64,000 nucleotides of DNA from an uncultured archaeon (GTDB lineage Archaea; Hadarchaeota; Hadarchaeia; Hadarchaeales; WYZ-LMO6), in assembly GCA_938074535.1 (NCBI GenBank), contig CALJER010000016.1, forward strand, positions 1-64,000. Reading direction: 5' to 3'. How positions within the stretch are numbered: position 1 is the stretch's first letter; each line of letters starts with the position of its first letter. Shown here in pieces: positions 48,412 to 57,614 of this stretch. Below the pieces are notes generated by a model, which had not been told where the DNA came from, ran no database searches, and saw only the letters and a list, made by a program, of their open reading frames with translations. The translations under genes and the position numbers were made by a program.

Positions 48412-48702
48412 TCACATCCTGACGAATTGGGCGTGAGCTATCCCCTGGACCCTGAGCACGCATCCTGGATCGATCAGGCCCTCCCTCACCGCGTCCTCCA
48501 CGATGGAGCCCACCAGGTTACCTATGGTGGCCTCCCTCATGGCCTTCAAGCACTCCGACACGGTGGCCTCTTTCCCGCGGTAGAACTCTTCGCTCACCTT
48601 CAACCTTATCTCCCCCTCCTTAAACTCCTTTCCCAGCAGCTCTGCGTCGCACACCGTGACCAGCACCTCCTCACCCACCTTCCTCACCCGGAGCTCCGGC
48701 AT
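48412..48702 (-). CDS. DUF424 family protein
   Basis: VCD.ELLG..F, V.EEFY.G, A.I.NLVG; conserved next to aIF2-beta. Confidence 0.85.
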   Translation of the reverse strand: MPELRVRKVGEEVLVTVCDAELLGKEFKEGEIRLKVSEEFYRGKEATVSECLKAMREATIGNLVGSIVEDAVREGLIDPGCVLRVQGIAHAQFVRM

Positions 48703-49109
48703 CAGATGTTCCTCACGGAGGTCCTGGCACCGCAGGCCTCGCACCTCATGATGTAGATCCTTCCCTGCTTCACGAGCCTGGTGTCAGGCCTGTTGCAGCT
48801 CCTGCATTTCACGAACTCCTCCACGTACCTCTCTATCCTCCCCTTCACCACAGAGGAAGTGAACTTTCCCTGAAAGAGGGCCTGAGACCCGTCCGAGCTG
48901 CCCGCCGCCCCCAGCTCCCTGAGGAGATACTTCATGAGGTGCTCGGGCTCCCTATTGAGAACGGAAGCTATGGCCTTGAGGTTCTTGAGCACGGTTCTAG
49001 TCCCTGCGGTGACCACCTCCGGCTCCGGTATCTTGAGCCTCTCCCTGTCTGACTCCACCCTGGGAAGGTTCTGCAGGGCTTTCTCCAGCCACTCTTGGTA
49101 CTTATCCAC
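48702..49109 (-). CDS. eif2b: Translation initiation factor aIF2 beta subunit
   Basis: LNR.PEHL.KYL.RELG, C..C..PDT.L, C.ACGA zinc ribbon. Confidence 0.95.
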   Translation of the reverse strand: MDKYQEWLEKALQNLPRVESDRERLKIPEPEVVTAGTRTVLKNLKAIASVLNREPEHLMKYLLRELGAAGSSDGSQALFQGKFTSSVVKGRIERYVEEFVKCRSCNRPDTRLVKQGRIYIMRCEACGARTSVRNI

Positions 49110-49838
49110 TCATTTCACCCTCTGGTATTTTCCTGCCCTCACCTCAAATACCTCCCCCTCGTCCATCAAAACGAGCAGGAGGTCCTCCACCTCCTTCCTC
49201 CCCACTCCAAGCTCCTTCTCCAGCTCTTCCTCCCCCACCCCCTCCCCCCTGTCGAGCCTTTCGAGGGCCAGCAGGGCCTTCTTTTTCAGCTCCTCGGGCA
49301 CCCCTAGGAGCTCCAGCTCTATTTCCTCCCTCTCCACCTCTTCCACCGGGCCCTCCTGAGGTTCCGCCCCCGGCTTCAGGGCAGGCTTTGGTCTGATGCC
49401 TCTGGCCAGGGCTTTTCTCCTGTTCAGCAGGATTTCCAGCTCCCTCACCACCTCCCAGTTGGGATCCTTGACCTTCAGCAGGAGGTAGGGCCTGAGGTAC
49501 CTTTCGCCCAGGTATTCCCTGATGCCCCCTATCACATCCACCAAGTCCCCCACCTTCAGCTCATCGAGTTCCCTCACGGTTTCCCCCCAGCCCCTCAGCG
49601 AGATCACTCCCGTGCCATCGTCCAAGTGAACGGTACAGTACCCACCGTCTTCCCTCACCCATTTATTCACCACCGTTCCCATCACCCTTGCCCTGGAGAC
49701 CTTCTCCCCCCACGGAGTGATCAGGTACGGGGCCTCCTCCTCTGAGGAAAGGTACTCACCCTCAAGCAGTTCCTTCACCTTCACCTTCCGAGCCGCGACC
49801 ATTCTTGAACTACCCCCAGCTTCCGGAGGGAGCTTCAC
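49110..49838 (-). CDS. OB-fold ssDNA-binding protein with C-terminal winged helix (RPA2/RPA32-like)
   Basis: SRARVMGTV, LDDGTG, VDVIG, DPNWE; C-terminal LMDEGEVFE...GKY. Confidence 0.85.
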   Translation of the reverse strand: MKLPPEAGGSSRMVAARKVKVKELLEGEYLSSEEEAPYLITPWGEKVSRARVMGTVVNKWVREDGGYCTVHLDDGTGVISLRGWGETVRELDELKVGDLVDVIGGIREYLGERYLRPYLLLKVKDPNWEVVRELEILLNRRKALARGIRPKPALKPGAEPQEGPVEEVEREEIELELLGVPEELKKKALLALERLDRGEGVGEEELEKELGVGRKEVEDLLLVLMDEGEVFEVRAGKYQRVK

Positions 49839-49999
49839 TGCTTCGGGCTTTCGACGAATACAGGCCGAACCTGCAGCCGAGCATGCCCTTGCCCCTCCCG
49901 CCTTCGCCTTTCATGGTTATATATCCGCCTCATCACCCCTCGCTGAAGGGGTCGGTAGGATTAAACTGGTGGGCGTGACTATTACTATTTTGAGGTTTG

Positions 50000-50608
50000 A
50001 TGGAGTTCACCACCCTTCAGCTACCGGAGCCCCGCAGGTGGTTGGGTCTGGCGGGGGGGAGGATGGGTCCACTCCCGGTGGATGAGGTGCTGAAGAAGGT
50101 AAGGAAGGTGGATTCGGAAGTGGGAACGGTTTCCCAGCTCTTCGACGCCGCCAAGGTGGCGGGTTTCGCCCACCTCGCCCACGCGGGTAGGCTGGCCCTC
50201 CTCGCCCATTTGAGAGGTTCCGGTTTCACCGACACCCTGTCTATGGAGCTGGCGTGCTGGACAGCGGGGGAGAGACAGATAGGGAGGGCCCTGGAGAAGG
50301 TGGGCCTGAGGGAAGGCACGCGCACGGTGGCCCTAGTCTCGGTGGGGGAGAAAAGGGAGGCGGTGGAAGAAGCCCTGGAGAGGATCCTGCAGGAAACAGG
50401 CATAAAGAGGGAAGACGGCGTGGTGGAGCTCTTCCCTTTCAAGGTGAGGGTCCTCTCGGAGGTCTTCTCGCTTCCAGGCGGGATGGTCAGGAAACTGGGG
50501 GCCCAGAAGCTGGTGCTGGAGAGGGTGGCACTTCTTGCTCTGGAGCAAAGGCCTTCTCGGCCTTGCACATCTCCCCGAACCTCTTCAGGGCCCGGTAGGT
50601 CCCCCTAA
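50000..50608 (+). CDS. cgi121: KEOPS complex subunit Cgi121
   Basis: QLFDA..V.G..HL, L.ME....AG.RQI..AL...GL, LVLERVAL. Confidence 0.8.
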   Translation: MEFTTLQLPEPRRWLGLAGGRMGPLPVDEVLKKVRKVDSEVGTVSQLFDAAKVAGFAHLAHAGRLALLAHLRGSGFTDTLSMELACWTAGERQIGRALEKVGLREGTRTVALVSVGEKREAVEEALERILQETGIKREDGVVELFPFKVRVLSEVFSLPGGMVRKLGAQKLVLERVALLALEQRPSRPCTSPRTSSGPGRSP

Positions 50609-51731
50609 CCACCAGCCAGTCCCCCGCCTTCAGTTTCTTTTTTACCCCAGGTTCCAGCAAGTACTTCTTTCCCCTCTCTATCACCATCACGTCCACCCCC
50701 ACGCTCGTCTCCAGGTTCAGCTGACCCAGGCTCCTCCCCTCCAGTCTGGAGCCTCCTTCCACCCTGAACCTGGCCACCTGCTCGTCGGCCCTCGAGAGGG
50801 CTTCCGCGAACACGGGATGCATCTCCTCCCCCCTCAGCACCACATCGGCAATGGTGTCCGCCGCGTCAGAGATTTTCTCCAAGCACTTCACCACCTGCAG
50901 GAGACTGTTCAGCTTCTTGAGGTCCTGTTCCTCTCTGCCTGTTCTCAGGGTCTCCAGCCACATCCGATAGTTCAGCTTGTCGAATCTTTCCTCCAGCTTC
51001 CTGACTTCCTCCGCCAGCTCTTTGGAGTTGAGGAGAACAGAGGAGTAGGCTAGGTCCACCATCATGCTGCTGAGGTCGTACATCTGGGCCAGCTCCCGCT
51101 CCAGCTTGGAGGGCCTCTCCTTTCCCTCCGTCTGGCTTTTCTTGAAGCCGCTTAGCCTCTGTAGCACGGAGATTCCCCCCTCCGGACCCCTCACCACCAG
51201 GAGGTCCCCCTCCCTGAGTTCAGTATCGGGGGAGGGGGGAACGTGCCACTCCCTTTCCCTCCTCACCGCCAGGATTCTTACTCCTATCCTGGAGGGAAGC
51301 TCCAGCTCCTCCAGCTTTTTGTGGAGAAGAGCCGATCCCTCCCCCACCGTTACTTTGGAAATCCTCTCCTCACACCTCAGGATGGCCTTCTTCACCACCG
51401 GATGGGTCTCCATCCCCCTCAGGACCAAGTCCACCATGTCCCCCGTGGAGTTGGAGAGGGCCTCCGCCGCGCTGGCTATCTGCAGCACTCCCGCGATTTT
51501 CCTCGCCTCCTCCGCGTTGCGCGCGGCGAGCACCGCTACGGCGCGTATCTTATACATGAGTTTGTCCATCTTCAGCTCCAGCTCCCTCACCCTCTCCGCC
51601 AGCTCTCGGTCTTCGAACAGGAGGGAGGCGCGGGCCAGGTCCATCATCCAGTCCGAAGTGTTCTTCATCTCGGTAAGCAGGCCGCGCACGCTACGTGGCT
51701 CTTCCTCTTTTTTTGCCATGCTCTTGTTCAT
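50487..51731 (-). CDS. Tandem PhoU-like / TrkA-C (RCK_C) domain protein
   Basis: Two repeats of (EMK..S..M.DLA.S.LL helical unit + TrkA-C ...L..GD.LVVRG). Confidence 0.85.
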   Translation of the reverse strand: MNKSMAKKEEEPRSVRGLLTEMKNTSDWMMDLARASLLFEDRELAERVRELELKMDKLMYKIRAVAVLAARNAEEARKIAGVLQIASAAEALSNSTGDMVDLVLRGMETHPVVKKAILRCEERISKVTVGEGSALLHKKLEELELPSRIGVRILAVRREREWHVPPSPDTELREGDLLVVRGPEGGISVLQRLSGFKKSQTEGKERPSKLERELAQMYDLSSMMVDLAYSSVLLNSKELAEEVRKLEERFDKLNYRMWLETLRTGREEQDLKKLNSLLQVVKCLEKISDAADTIADVVLRGEEMHPVFAEALSRADEQVARFRVEGGSRLEGRSLGQLNLETSVGVDVMVIERGKKYLLEPGVKKKLKAGDWLVVRGTYRALKRFGEMCKAEKAFAPEQEVPPSPAPASGPPVS

Positions 51732-51772
51732 TTTGAAATCACCAGCCGAAAAAATAAGCGTTTCGAAGGGCC

Positions 51773-52858
51773 TCAGGGCTCCAGGTTGAGCCCCAGCTCC
51801 TCTGCCTCCTCCACAGCCCTCTTGAACTCCTGTGGGCTGAGGAAGCGGTTTATCTCAGGATACTTCCCCGCCATGTAGCAGGGACGATACTGGGCCATCA
51901 CGTTCACCCTCACCTCCCTCCCCAGGTTCTCCGCTATCCACCGGAGGACGGGGAAAGTACAACACTCGAGGTGCCCGGGCATCACGAGGTGGCGGATGAG
52001 GAGTTCGGCGTCTGAGCGGGCGGTGAGGTGGTTCCTCGTCACGGTCTCCCAGTACCTGGATATGCCTGAGTACTTGCGGGCGCAGGAATCGTTCCCCCAC
52101 TTGAAGTCCGCCAGATAGATATCCTGTGTACCCTTCAGGAGCTCCGCGCTCTGGGAGCTGTAGTACATGTTGGAGTTCCAGACCGAGCTCAAACGCCCCC
52201 CGTACTCCCTCAGGGTCTCCAGGATGAAGAGGAGATGGGGATCGGGATTACCCCCCACGAAGTTCACGTTCCTAGCTCCGTGCCTCTCGGCATCCGAGAT
52301 GAGGGAGGAAAGCTCCCTAGGGGAGAGCTCCTCCCCCTCCTCCGGGTACTGGGAGATGTCCCAGTTCTGGCAGAAGCAGCACCGGAAGGTGCAGCCGGAG
52401 AAGAAGACGGTGTAGGAAGGGACCAGCACGCTCTCCTCTCCGTAGTGCATGAATTCGGAGGCCAGTCTAGTCCTGCCCACTCCGCAGAACCCTCTTTCCC
52501 CCTCGAGCCTGTTGACACCGCACCGGTGCTCGCAGAGCCGGCAGGAGGAAAGGAGGCGCCTTGCCAGTTCCACCTTGAGGTCTAGGAGGGAGGATGCGGG
52601 CTTCTCCATCTCCTCCAGTTTCAACTTTCCCCCGTCCACAAGGCTCAGGAGTTTCCTGAAGTCCTCCAGGCAGAGGCCGTGGAGCCTCCAGAGTTCTTCC
52701 GTTTTCCAGGAGGGATCGAAGGGGGCGGGCACCCTCTTGCACACCTGGAACCTCGGGGGGAGTTCCCCCCTCAGCACCCTGAAGTACCTGGGGAAGGATC
52801 TCCTGGCCTTCTCGTCACCCAGCACGGAAAAAGCATCCGGCCTGAGGATTCTCCACAT
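51773..52858 (-). CDS. Radical SAM protein, PflX/pyruvate formate-lyase activator-like
   Basis: C.LC.HRC.VNR, H.GEE, GCTFRCCFCQNWDISQ, RHLVMPGH. Confidence 0.88.
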   Translation of the reverse strand: MWRILRPDAFSVLGDEKARRSFPRYFRVLRGELPPRFQVCKRVPAPFDPSWKTEELWRLHGLCLEDFRKLLSLVDGGKLKLEEMEKPASSLLDLKVELARRLLSSCRLCEHRCGVNRLEGERGFCGVGRTRLASEFMHYGEESVLVPSYTVFFSGCTFRCCFCQNWDISQYPEEGEELSPRELSSLISDAERHGARNVNFVGGNPDPHLLFILETLREYGGRLSSVWNSNMYYSSQSAELLKGTQDIYLADFKWGNDSCARKYSGISRYWETVTRNHLTARSDAELLIRHLVMPGHLECCTFPVLRWIAENLGREVRVNVMAQYRPCYMAGKYPEINRFLSPQEFKRAVEEAEELGLNLEP

Positions 52859-52919
52859 CCCCCATTCACCGGTGGGGACATACATTTATAAAATGCTCTC
52901 AAGGAAAGACTTGAGCGAG

Positions 52920-53801
52920 ATGATCGTGGTTGGGGGTTCGGCCTCCAGGAAGCTCTCCTGGGAGATAGCGAGGGAGCTCAACTGCAGGCTCTCCCAACCC
53001 GAGGTCAAGTCCTTTCCTGACGGTGAGTTGTACGTAAGGATACCGGAGGACCTCTCAGGTGAGGAGGTGGTGGTCGTGCAGTCCACGCCTCCTCCCCAGA
53101 ACCAGAACCTGATGGAGCTTTTCCTGCTGCTGGAGGCAGCCTCCGAGCAGGATGTCCGCAGTCTGAGGGCCGTGGTTCCCTATCTGGCGTACGCCCGCCA
53201 GGATAAGATCTTCAAGAAGGGTGAGGCCCTCAGCCTCAAGCTTGTCTGCAGGTTCATAGAGAAAGCCGGGGCGGAGGAGGTGGTAGTGGTGGACATCCAC
53301 GAAAGGGAGTCCCTCTCGCACTTTTCCGTCCCCGTGAAAAATGTTACGGCCGCCCCCCTCCTGGGTAGGTACTTCAGGGGAATGGGCCTCAGGGACCCCC
53401 TCTTCCTGGGTCCCGACGAAAAGGCCGTCCAGCAAGCCAGCAGGGCGGCCGAGGAGCTCGGAGCCTCCTTTGAATCCCTGAAGAAGGAAAGGCTCACCCC
53501 CGAGCTGGTGGTGACCTCGGGCAAGGAGCTCAGGGTAAGGGACAGGGACGCGGTGATCATAGACGACATCATAAGCACGGGAGGCACGATAGCGGAGGCG
53601 GCCAAGATTTTGAAGAAGTGCGGGGCCAGAAGGATTTTCGCGGCCTGCACCCACCCTGTGCTCTCGGGAAACGCACTGCAGAAGATGAAGGACGCGGGCG
53701 TGGAGAGGGTGGTGGGAACCAACACCATAGAAAACTCCCACAGCTTGGTTTCGGTGGCTCCCGTCATCGTGGAAGGTCTCAGGCAGGCACGCCTTTCTTG
53801 A
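52920..53801 (+). CDS. prs: Ribose-phosphate pyrophosphokinase
   Basis: FPDGE, PYLAYARQDK, VDIH, GPD, IIDDIISTGGT. Confidence 0.93.
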   Translation: MIVVGGSASRKLSWEIARELNCRLSQPEVKSFPDGELYVRIPEDLSGEEVVVVQSTPPPQNQNLMELFLLLEAASEQDVRSLRAVVPYLAYARQDKIFKKGEALSLKLVCRFIEKAGAEEVVVVDIHERESLSHFSVPVKNVTAAPLLGRYFRGMGLRDPLFLGPDEKAVQQASRAAEELGASFESLKKERLTPELVVTSGKELRVRDRDAVIIDDIISTGGTIAEAAKILKKCGARRIFAACTHPVLSGNALQKMKDAGVERVVGTNTIENSHSLVSVAPVIVEGLRQARLS

Positions 53802-53832
53802 GTTTTATAGCCTCCCCGTAGCTGGATAGGAT

Positions 53833-54852
53833 GTGAGGCTGGTCTTCTTCCTCTCCGGAGAGCATCCGCAGCTCCCTAGGGCGGAGGTCCTGGGGGCCCT
53901 GGAGGCGGAGGGAGCCACGGCCAGGGTGCTGGAGGCCTTCGACCAGGTGCTGGTGGTGGAAACAGAGGCCGATCCCGTGCGGGTGGCCTCCAGGCTGGGG
54001 ATGTCCCATGAGGTGTGGGCGCATCTCTGCACCTCCAAGGTGGAGGAGCTGCTGGAGGCGGTGGCGAGCAGCGATGCGCTGGACCTGATACCGCACGGGA
54101 AGACCTTTGCGGTGAGGGTGAGGCGGGTGAGGAGGTCCTCCCCGCAGGTGGGGAGGGAAAAGCTTTCGAGGGAGGTGGCGGACATGTTGAGGAGGGAGGT
54201 GGGATTCAGGGTGGATCTGGAGAGGCCGGAGGTGGAGCTCTCCATAGCCCTAACCGAGGGAGTGGGGGTGGTGGGGATGAAACTTGCTTCCACCGCCAGG
54301 GGCCAGATGGGGAGCAGGAGGCCCAAGCACCGCATGGCCTTCCATCCCAGCACCCTCTCCCCCGCCTTGGCCAGATGCATGGTGAACCTCGCCAGAACTC
54401 CCAGGGGCGGCACCCTGCTGGACCCCTTCTGCGGGGTGGGGGGCATCCTCATAGAGGCCGGGCTGATGGGGATAAAGGTGGTGGGGGTGGACCTGGACCC
54501 GGAGATGGTGGAGAAGGCCAGGATGAACCTGGAGGGCTACGGAGTGAGGGATTTCAGGTTGAGGGTGGGCGATGCCTGTGAGTGGAGGGGTAGGAGGGTG
54601 GAGAGCGTGGTCACCGACCCCCCCTATGGAAGACAGGCCAGCACCTGGAAGAGGGGGTTGGAAGAGCTCTACCGGAGGGCCCTCCCCGTCCTGGCGGATG
54701 CCCTGAAGAAGGGGGGGCACATGTGTGTGACTTCTCCCTCCGAGCTGGACCTGGCCGAGATGGCGATGGAGGCTGGGCTGGAGGAGAGGGGAAGGTACGA
54801 GCAGAGGGTCCACCGGAGCCTCACCAGGAGGATTTACGTCTTCAGGAGGTGA
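53833..54852 (+). CDS. trm11: THUMP-domain tRNA (guanine-10 N2) methyltransferase
   Basis: THUMP domain, FHPS.L.P.LAR.MVNL, LDPFCGVGG, TDPPYGR. Confidence 0.88.
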   Translation: MRLVFFLSGEHPQLPRAEVLGALEAEGATARVLEAFDQVLVVETEADPVRVASRLGMSHEVWAHLCTSKVEELLEAVASSDALDLIPHGKTFAVRVRRVRRSSPQVGREKLSREVADMLRREVGFRVDLERPEVELSIALTEGVGVVGMKLASTARGQMGSRRPKHRMAFHPSTLSPALARCMVNLARTPRGGTLLDPFCGVGGILIEAGLMGIKVVGVDLDPEMVEKARMNLEGYGVRDFRLRVGDACEWRGRRVESVVTDPPYGRQASTWKRGLEELYRRALPVLADALKKGGHMCVTSPSELDLAEMAMEAGLEERGRYEQRVHRSLTRRIYVFRR

Positions 54853-54856
54853 AAGC

Positions 54857-55777
54857 CTGAACCTCACCCTGAGCTTTCTGGGGACGGGCGGGAGCATTCC
54901 TTCCCCTTCCAGGAGCCTCCCCTGCCTCGCCGTCAGGAGGGGGGGTGAACTCCTCCTCTTCGACTGCGGGGAGGGAACGCAGGCTCAGATGATGAGGGCA
55001 GGCCTCAGCCCCCTCAAGGTGGATGCCGTGTTCATCTCCCATCTCCACGGTGATCACTTCTTGGGGCTGGCAGGGCTGCTGCAGACGATGTCGCTCTTCG
55101 GGAGGGTCCGTCCCCTTGAGGTCTACGTCCCGCAGGGGGAGGAAGAGAGGATAAGGACCCTCGTGGGGCTGCCCCACTACACCCTGGAATTTGAGGTGAG
55201 GGTGAGGGGGCTCAAGGGGGGGGAGGAAGTGAGGAGGAGCGGCTACCGCCTCCTGACCTCCCCCACCGTCCATGGAGTGGCGGGCCTGGTCTTTTCCCTC
55301 GAGGAGTTTCCCAGGCCCGGGAGGCTCGATCCGGAGAAGGCGGTGGAGCTGGGCGTGACCCCGGGTCCAGCCTTTTCCCTCCTCAAGGCCGGAAAGTCCG
55401 TACCCCTCCCGGGGGGGAGGGAGGTTAAACCGGAGGAGGTGCTTGGTCCCCCCCTTCCTGGCAGGAAGGTGGTGTACGCCGTTGACACCAGGCCGTCGGA
55501 GGATACGGTGGCCCTCGCCAGCGGGGCCGACGTGCTCATCCACGATTCCATGTTCGGAGAGGAGCACCTGGAGAAGGCGAGGGAAGGGGGGCACTCCACT
55601 TCCTCCGAGGCCGCCTGGGTGGCGAAGGAGGCAGGGGTGAAGCTGCTGGTTCTTACCCACCTGAGCCCCAGGTACCAGGAGGCCACCCCCCTCCTGGAGC
55701 AGGCAAGGAAGATCTTCCCCAACACGATGGTGGCTGAGGACCTGATGTCGCTGGAGGTGCCGCTGCCGGGGGTTTAG
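54857..55777 (+). CDS. rnz: Ribonuclease Z; CTG start at 54857
   Basis: In-frame N-terminus (M)NLTLSFLGTGGSIPS..R...LFDCGEGTQ lies upstream of the first ATG; SHLHGDH, exosite GVTPGP, DTRP, HST, LTHLSPRY. Confidence 0.93.
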   Translation: MNLTLSFLGTGGSIPSPSRSLPCLAVRRGGELLLFDCGEGTQAQMMRAGLSPLKVDAVFISHLHGDHFLGLAGLLQTMSLFGRVRPLEVYVPQGEEERIRTLVGLPHYTLEFEVRVRGLKGGEEVRRSGYRLLTSPTVHGVAGLVFSLEEFPRPGRLDPEKAVELGVTPGPAFSLLKAGKSVPLPGGREVKPEEVLGPPLPGRKVVYAVDTRPSEDTVALASGADVLIHDSMFGEEHLEKAREGGHSTSSEAAWVAKEAGVKLLVLTHLSPRYQEATPLLEQARKIFPNTMVAEDLMSLEVPLPGV

Positions 55778-56170
55778 ATGGGCTCTTGGAAGCAGGAGGG
55801 TGTCCTGCTTTTGTGGTTTCTGCCGGTAGTGGACCTCCTCGCCATGGAGAAAATCCTGCGCTACTACGCCGAGAAAGGGGTCCTGGTCCCGCGCTCCCAC
55901 GCTAAGCTGGCCATGCTGGAGAGGTGGGTGGGCTATCTGCCCGCCGGCTTCCTGCTGGGCAGGTGGCTGGGGGCCCTGAGGGCCCTTTCCCTCTTCCTCC
56001 TCGGGGTGCTCCTGGGTGGCCCTGTGGAGGTCCTCCTCATGTGGAGGGGAAAGACCCCATGGCCCTTCCTGAGGGGAAAGGGGGGAAAGCTGCTGGTGCG
56101 GATTTTCCTGCTGGAGGGCTACAACGTCTTGGGGTACTTTGCGCTGGGTCTTCTCTTGGGGGTTCTTTAG
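55778..56170 (+). CDS. Hypothetical membrane protein
   Basis: Abuts the rnz stop; 3-4 hydrophobic segments. Confidence 0.65.
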   Translation: MGSWKQEGVLLLWFLPVVDLLAMEKILRYYAEKGVLVPRSHAKLAMLERWVGYLPAGFLLGRWLGALRALSLFLLGVLLGGPVEVLLMWRGKTPWPFLRGKGGKLLVRIFLLEGYNVLGYFALGLLLGVL

Positions 56171-56592
56171 GCCCCCTTCCTCACCTCCTCCAGGGAGACC
56201 TCTCTGAGGGCCCTGCCTTCCTTAGTCCTAGGGGCGAGGTAGTCCAGCACCAGTTCAGGGCTCTTCGTCTCTACCACCACCCTGATGGGCCCCAGAGGCG
56301 TTTCGCCTTCCGTGAAGCTGACTTTTCCCACGAAGGCCGCCTGTTTGTTGAGCCAGAACTCCAGCCTTCCCTCCCCCCTGCCCCTGAGGAGGTAGTTCCT
56401 GGAGGAGTCCCTGATGGCCTGGAGGCGCAGGAGGTCCCTGAGGTGGGAGAGCACCCCCGGGTCCTCGGAGCTTCCCCTCACCCTCCCTTCCGCCCTTTCC
56501 AGAGGGAGGGAGGGGAAGAGGTTCTTCACGGCCCTCTCCACCTTGGAGGGGTCCTCGCTCGGCCTCACCTCAGCCTCCACCGAGACCCTCAT
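56167..56592 (-). CDS. UPF0201 (DUF54) family protein
   Basis: V.PSED..KV.RA..NLFP, Q.IRD, LNKQAA.VG, PLGPI, LAP.T..G. Confidence 0.88.
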   Translation of the reverse strand: MRVSVEAEVRPSEDPSKVERAVKNLFPSLPLERAEGRVRGSSEDPGVLSHLRDLLRLQAIRDSSRNYLLRGRGEGRLEFWLNKQAAFVGKVSFTEGETPLGPIRVVVETKSPELVLDYLAPRTKEGRALREVSLEEVRKGA

Positions 56593-57142
56593 CCCTCAGC
56601 ATCCCCCTGAAGAGTTCCTCGGCTTTCGTCCTGAGCTCCTCCAGGGTGCCCTCGTTGAGGAGGAGGCGGTCGGCGAGGGCTAGGGCGTTGCCAGCCCCCC
56701 ACTCCAGTTCCCTCCTCTCCTTCTGCAGGAAGCGCTCGTAGTCGCCGGCGTCGTCCTCCCTTTTCCTGGAGGAGATCCTGGAGTATCTGAGGAGGGGACT
56801 GGACCACACACCCACCACCAGCAGGTCCCTCCCGAAGGCCTTCCTGAACTCCTCCACTTCCTCAAGAGAGCGAATCCCGTCTACCACCACCACGCCCCTT
56901 TCCCTCAGTTTTTCCCTTATGATGGGAAGACACATTCTGGCCACCGCCCCCTTTCCCCCCATCTCCCTCAGCCTGCTGGCCACCTTCCCCACGTTCTCCT
57001 CGTTGACCTCCAGCCCCAGCCTCCTGGTTTCCGCAATCACCACCTCCCCCATGCGCAGGCAGGGAATGCCTAGGGAAAGGGCCACCTTTGCCACCTCCGT
57101 CTTGCCTGCGCCCTGCAGCCCCACCAGCCCCACCACCTTCAA
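56570..57142 (-). CDS. UPF0200 family P-loop kinase (dephospho-CoA kinase-like)
   Basis: GLQGAGKT, MG, VVDGIRS..E, R.R.DD, RE. Confidence 0.85.
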   Translation of the reverse strand: MKVVGLVGLQGAGKTEVAKVALSLGIPCLRMGEVVIAETRRLGLEVNEENVGKVASRLREMGGKGAVARMCLPIIREKLRERGVVVVDGIRSLEEVEEFRKAFGRDLLVVGVWSSPLLRYSRISSRKREDDAGDYERFLQKERRELEWGAGNALALADRLLLNEGTLEELRTKAEELFRGMLRDEGLGGG

Positions 57143-57154
57143 GCAGCCACCGTC

Positions 57155-57466
57155 CTACGCGGCAGCGGGAGTTTCCTGGGTCTTCTCCCCCTCCGGGAGG
57201 GGGGAGATCGTCACCTCATCCTTGTGTTTGAGCTTGGTGTGGATGCCGGGAATGCGTCTCACCGGCCGGTTGTTGAGCAGCACTTGGTAGCTGTCGCTGA
57301 GCTCGCCCGTGGTTGGGTCCAGCACGCTCTCCACCACCCTAGGGTGCCTCCTCCCCAGCTTCATCAGGAGGGAGTCAAGGGTCTCCTCGTTGTCTATGGG
57401 GACCCTCACGCTTCCAGTTCCCGCTCTCTTGCCCAGGTCCCCCTGCAGGGTAACCATCACATACAT
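57155..57466 (-). CDS. MoaD/ThiS/SAMP-like ubiquitin-fold protein lacking C-terminal Gly-Gly
   Basis: Beta-grasp pattern V.L...L, TL..LL..L...HP, VLLN, TKLK..DEV.I.P. Confidence 0.75.
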   Translation of the reverse strand: MYVMVTLQGDLGKRAGTGSVRVPIDNEETLDSLLMKLGRRHPRVVESVLDPTTGELSDSYQVLLNNRPVRRIPGIHTKLKHKDEVTISPLPEGEKTQETPAAA

Positions 57467-57614
57467 CCTGTCGCCGACGGTTTTTGGACGCCTCTTCGTC
57501 TAGACACTCCCTCTGAGGTTGTACAGGTGAGAGTATTCCCAGCGCCATAAAAACTTTTCACGCCACCGCTTTCCCCAAAGCCTATATTTGGGCACGGGCA
57601 GAAAAGTTGTTCGC

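Noticed and set aside
49840-49950. GTGATGA and short hairpins upstream of the RPA-like gene as an sRNA, riboswitch or small ribosomal protein gene
   Set aside because: No D box at suitable spacing and no recognisable ORF; better explained as a divergent promoter (ATATATAA) plus 5' UTR
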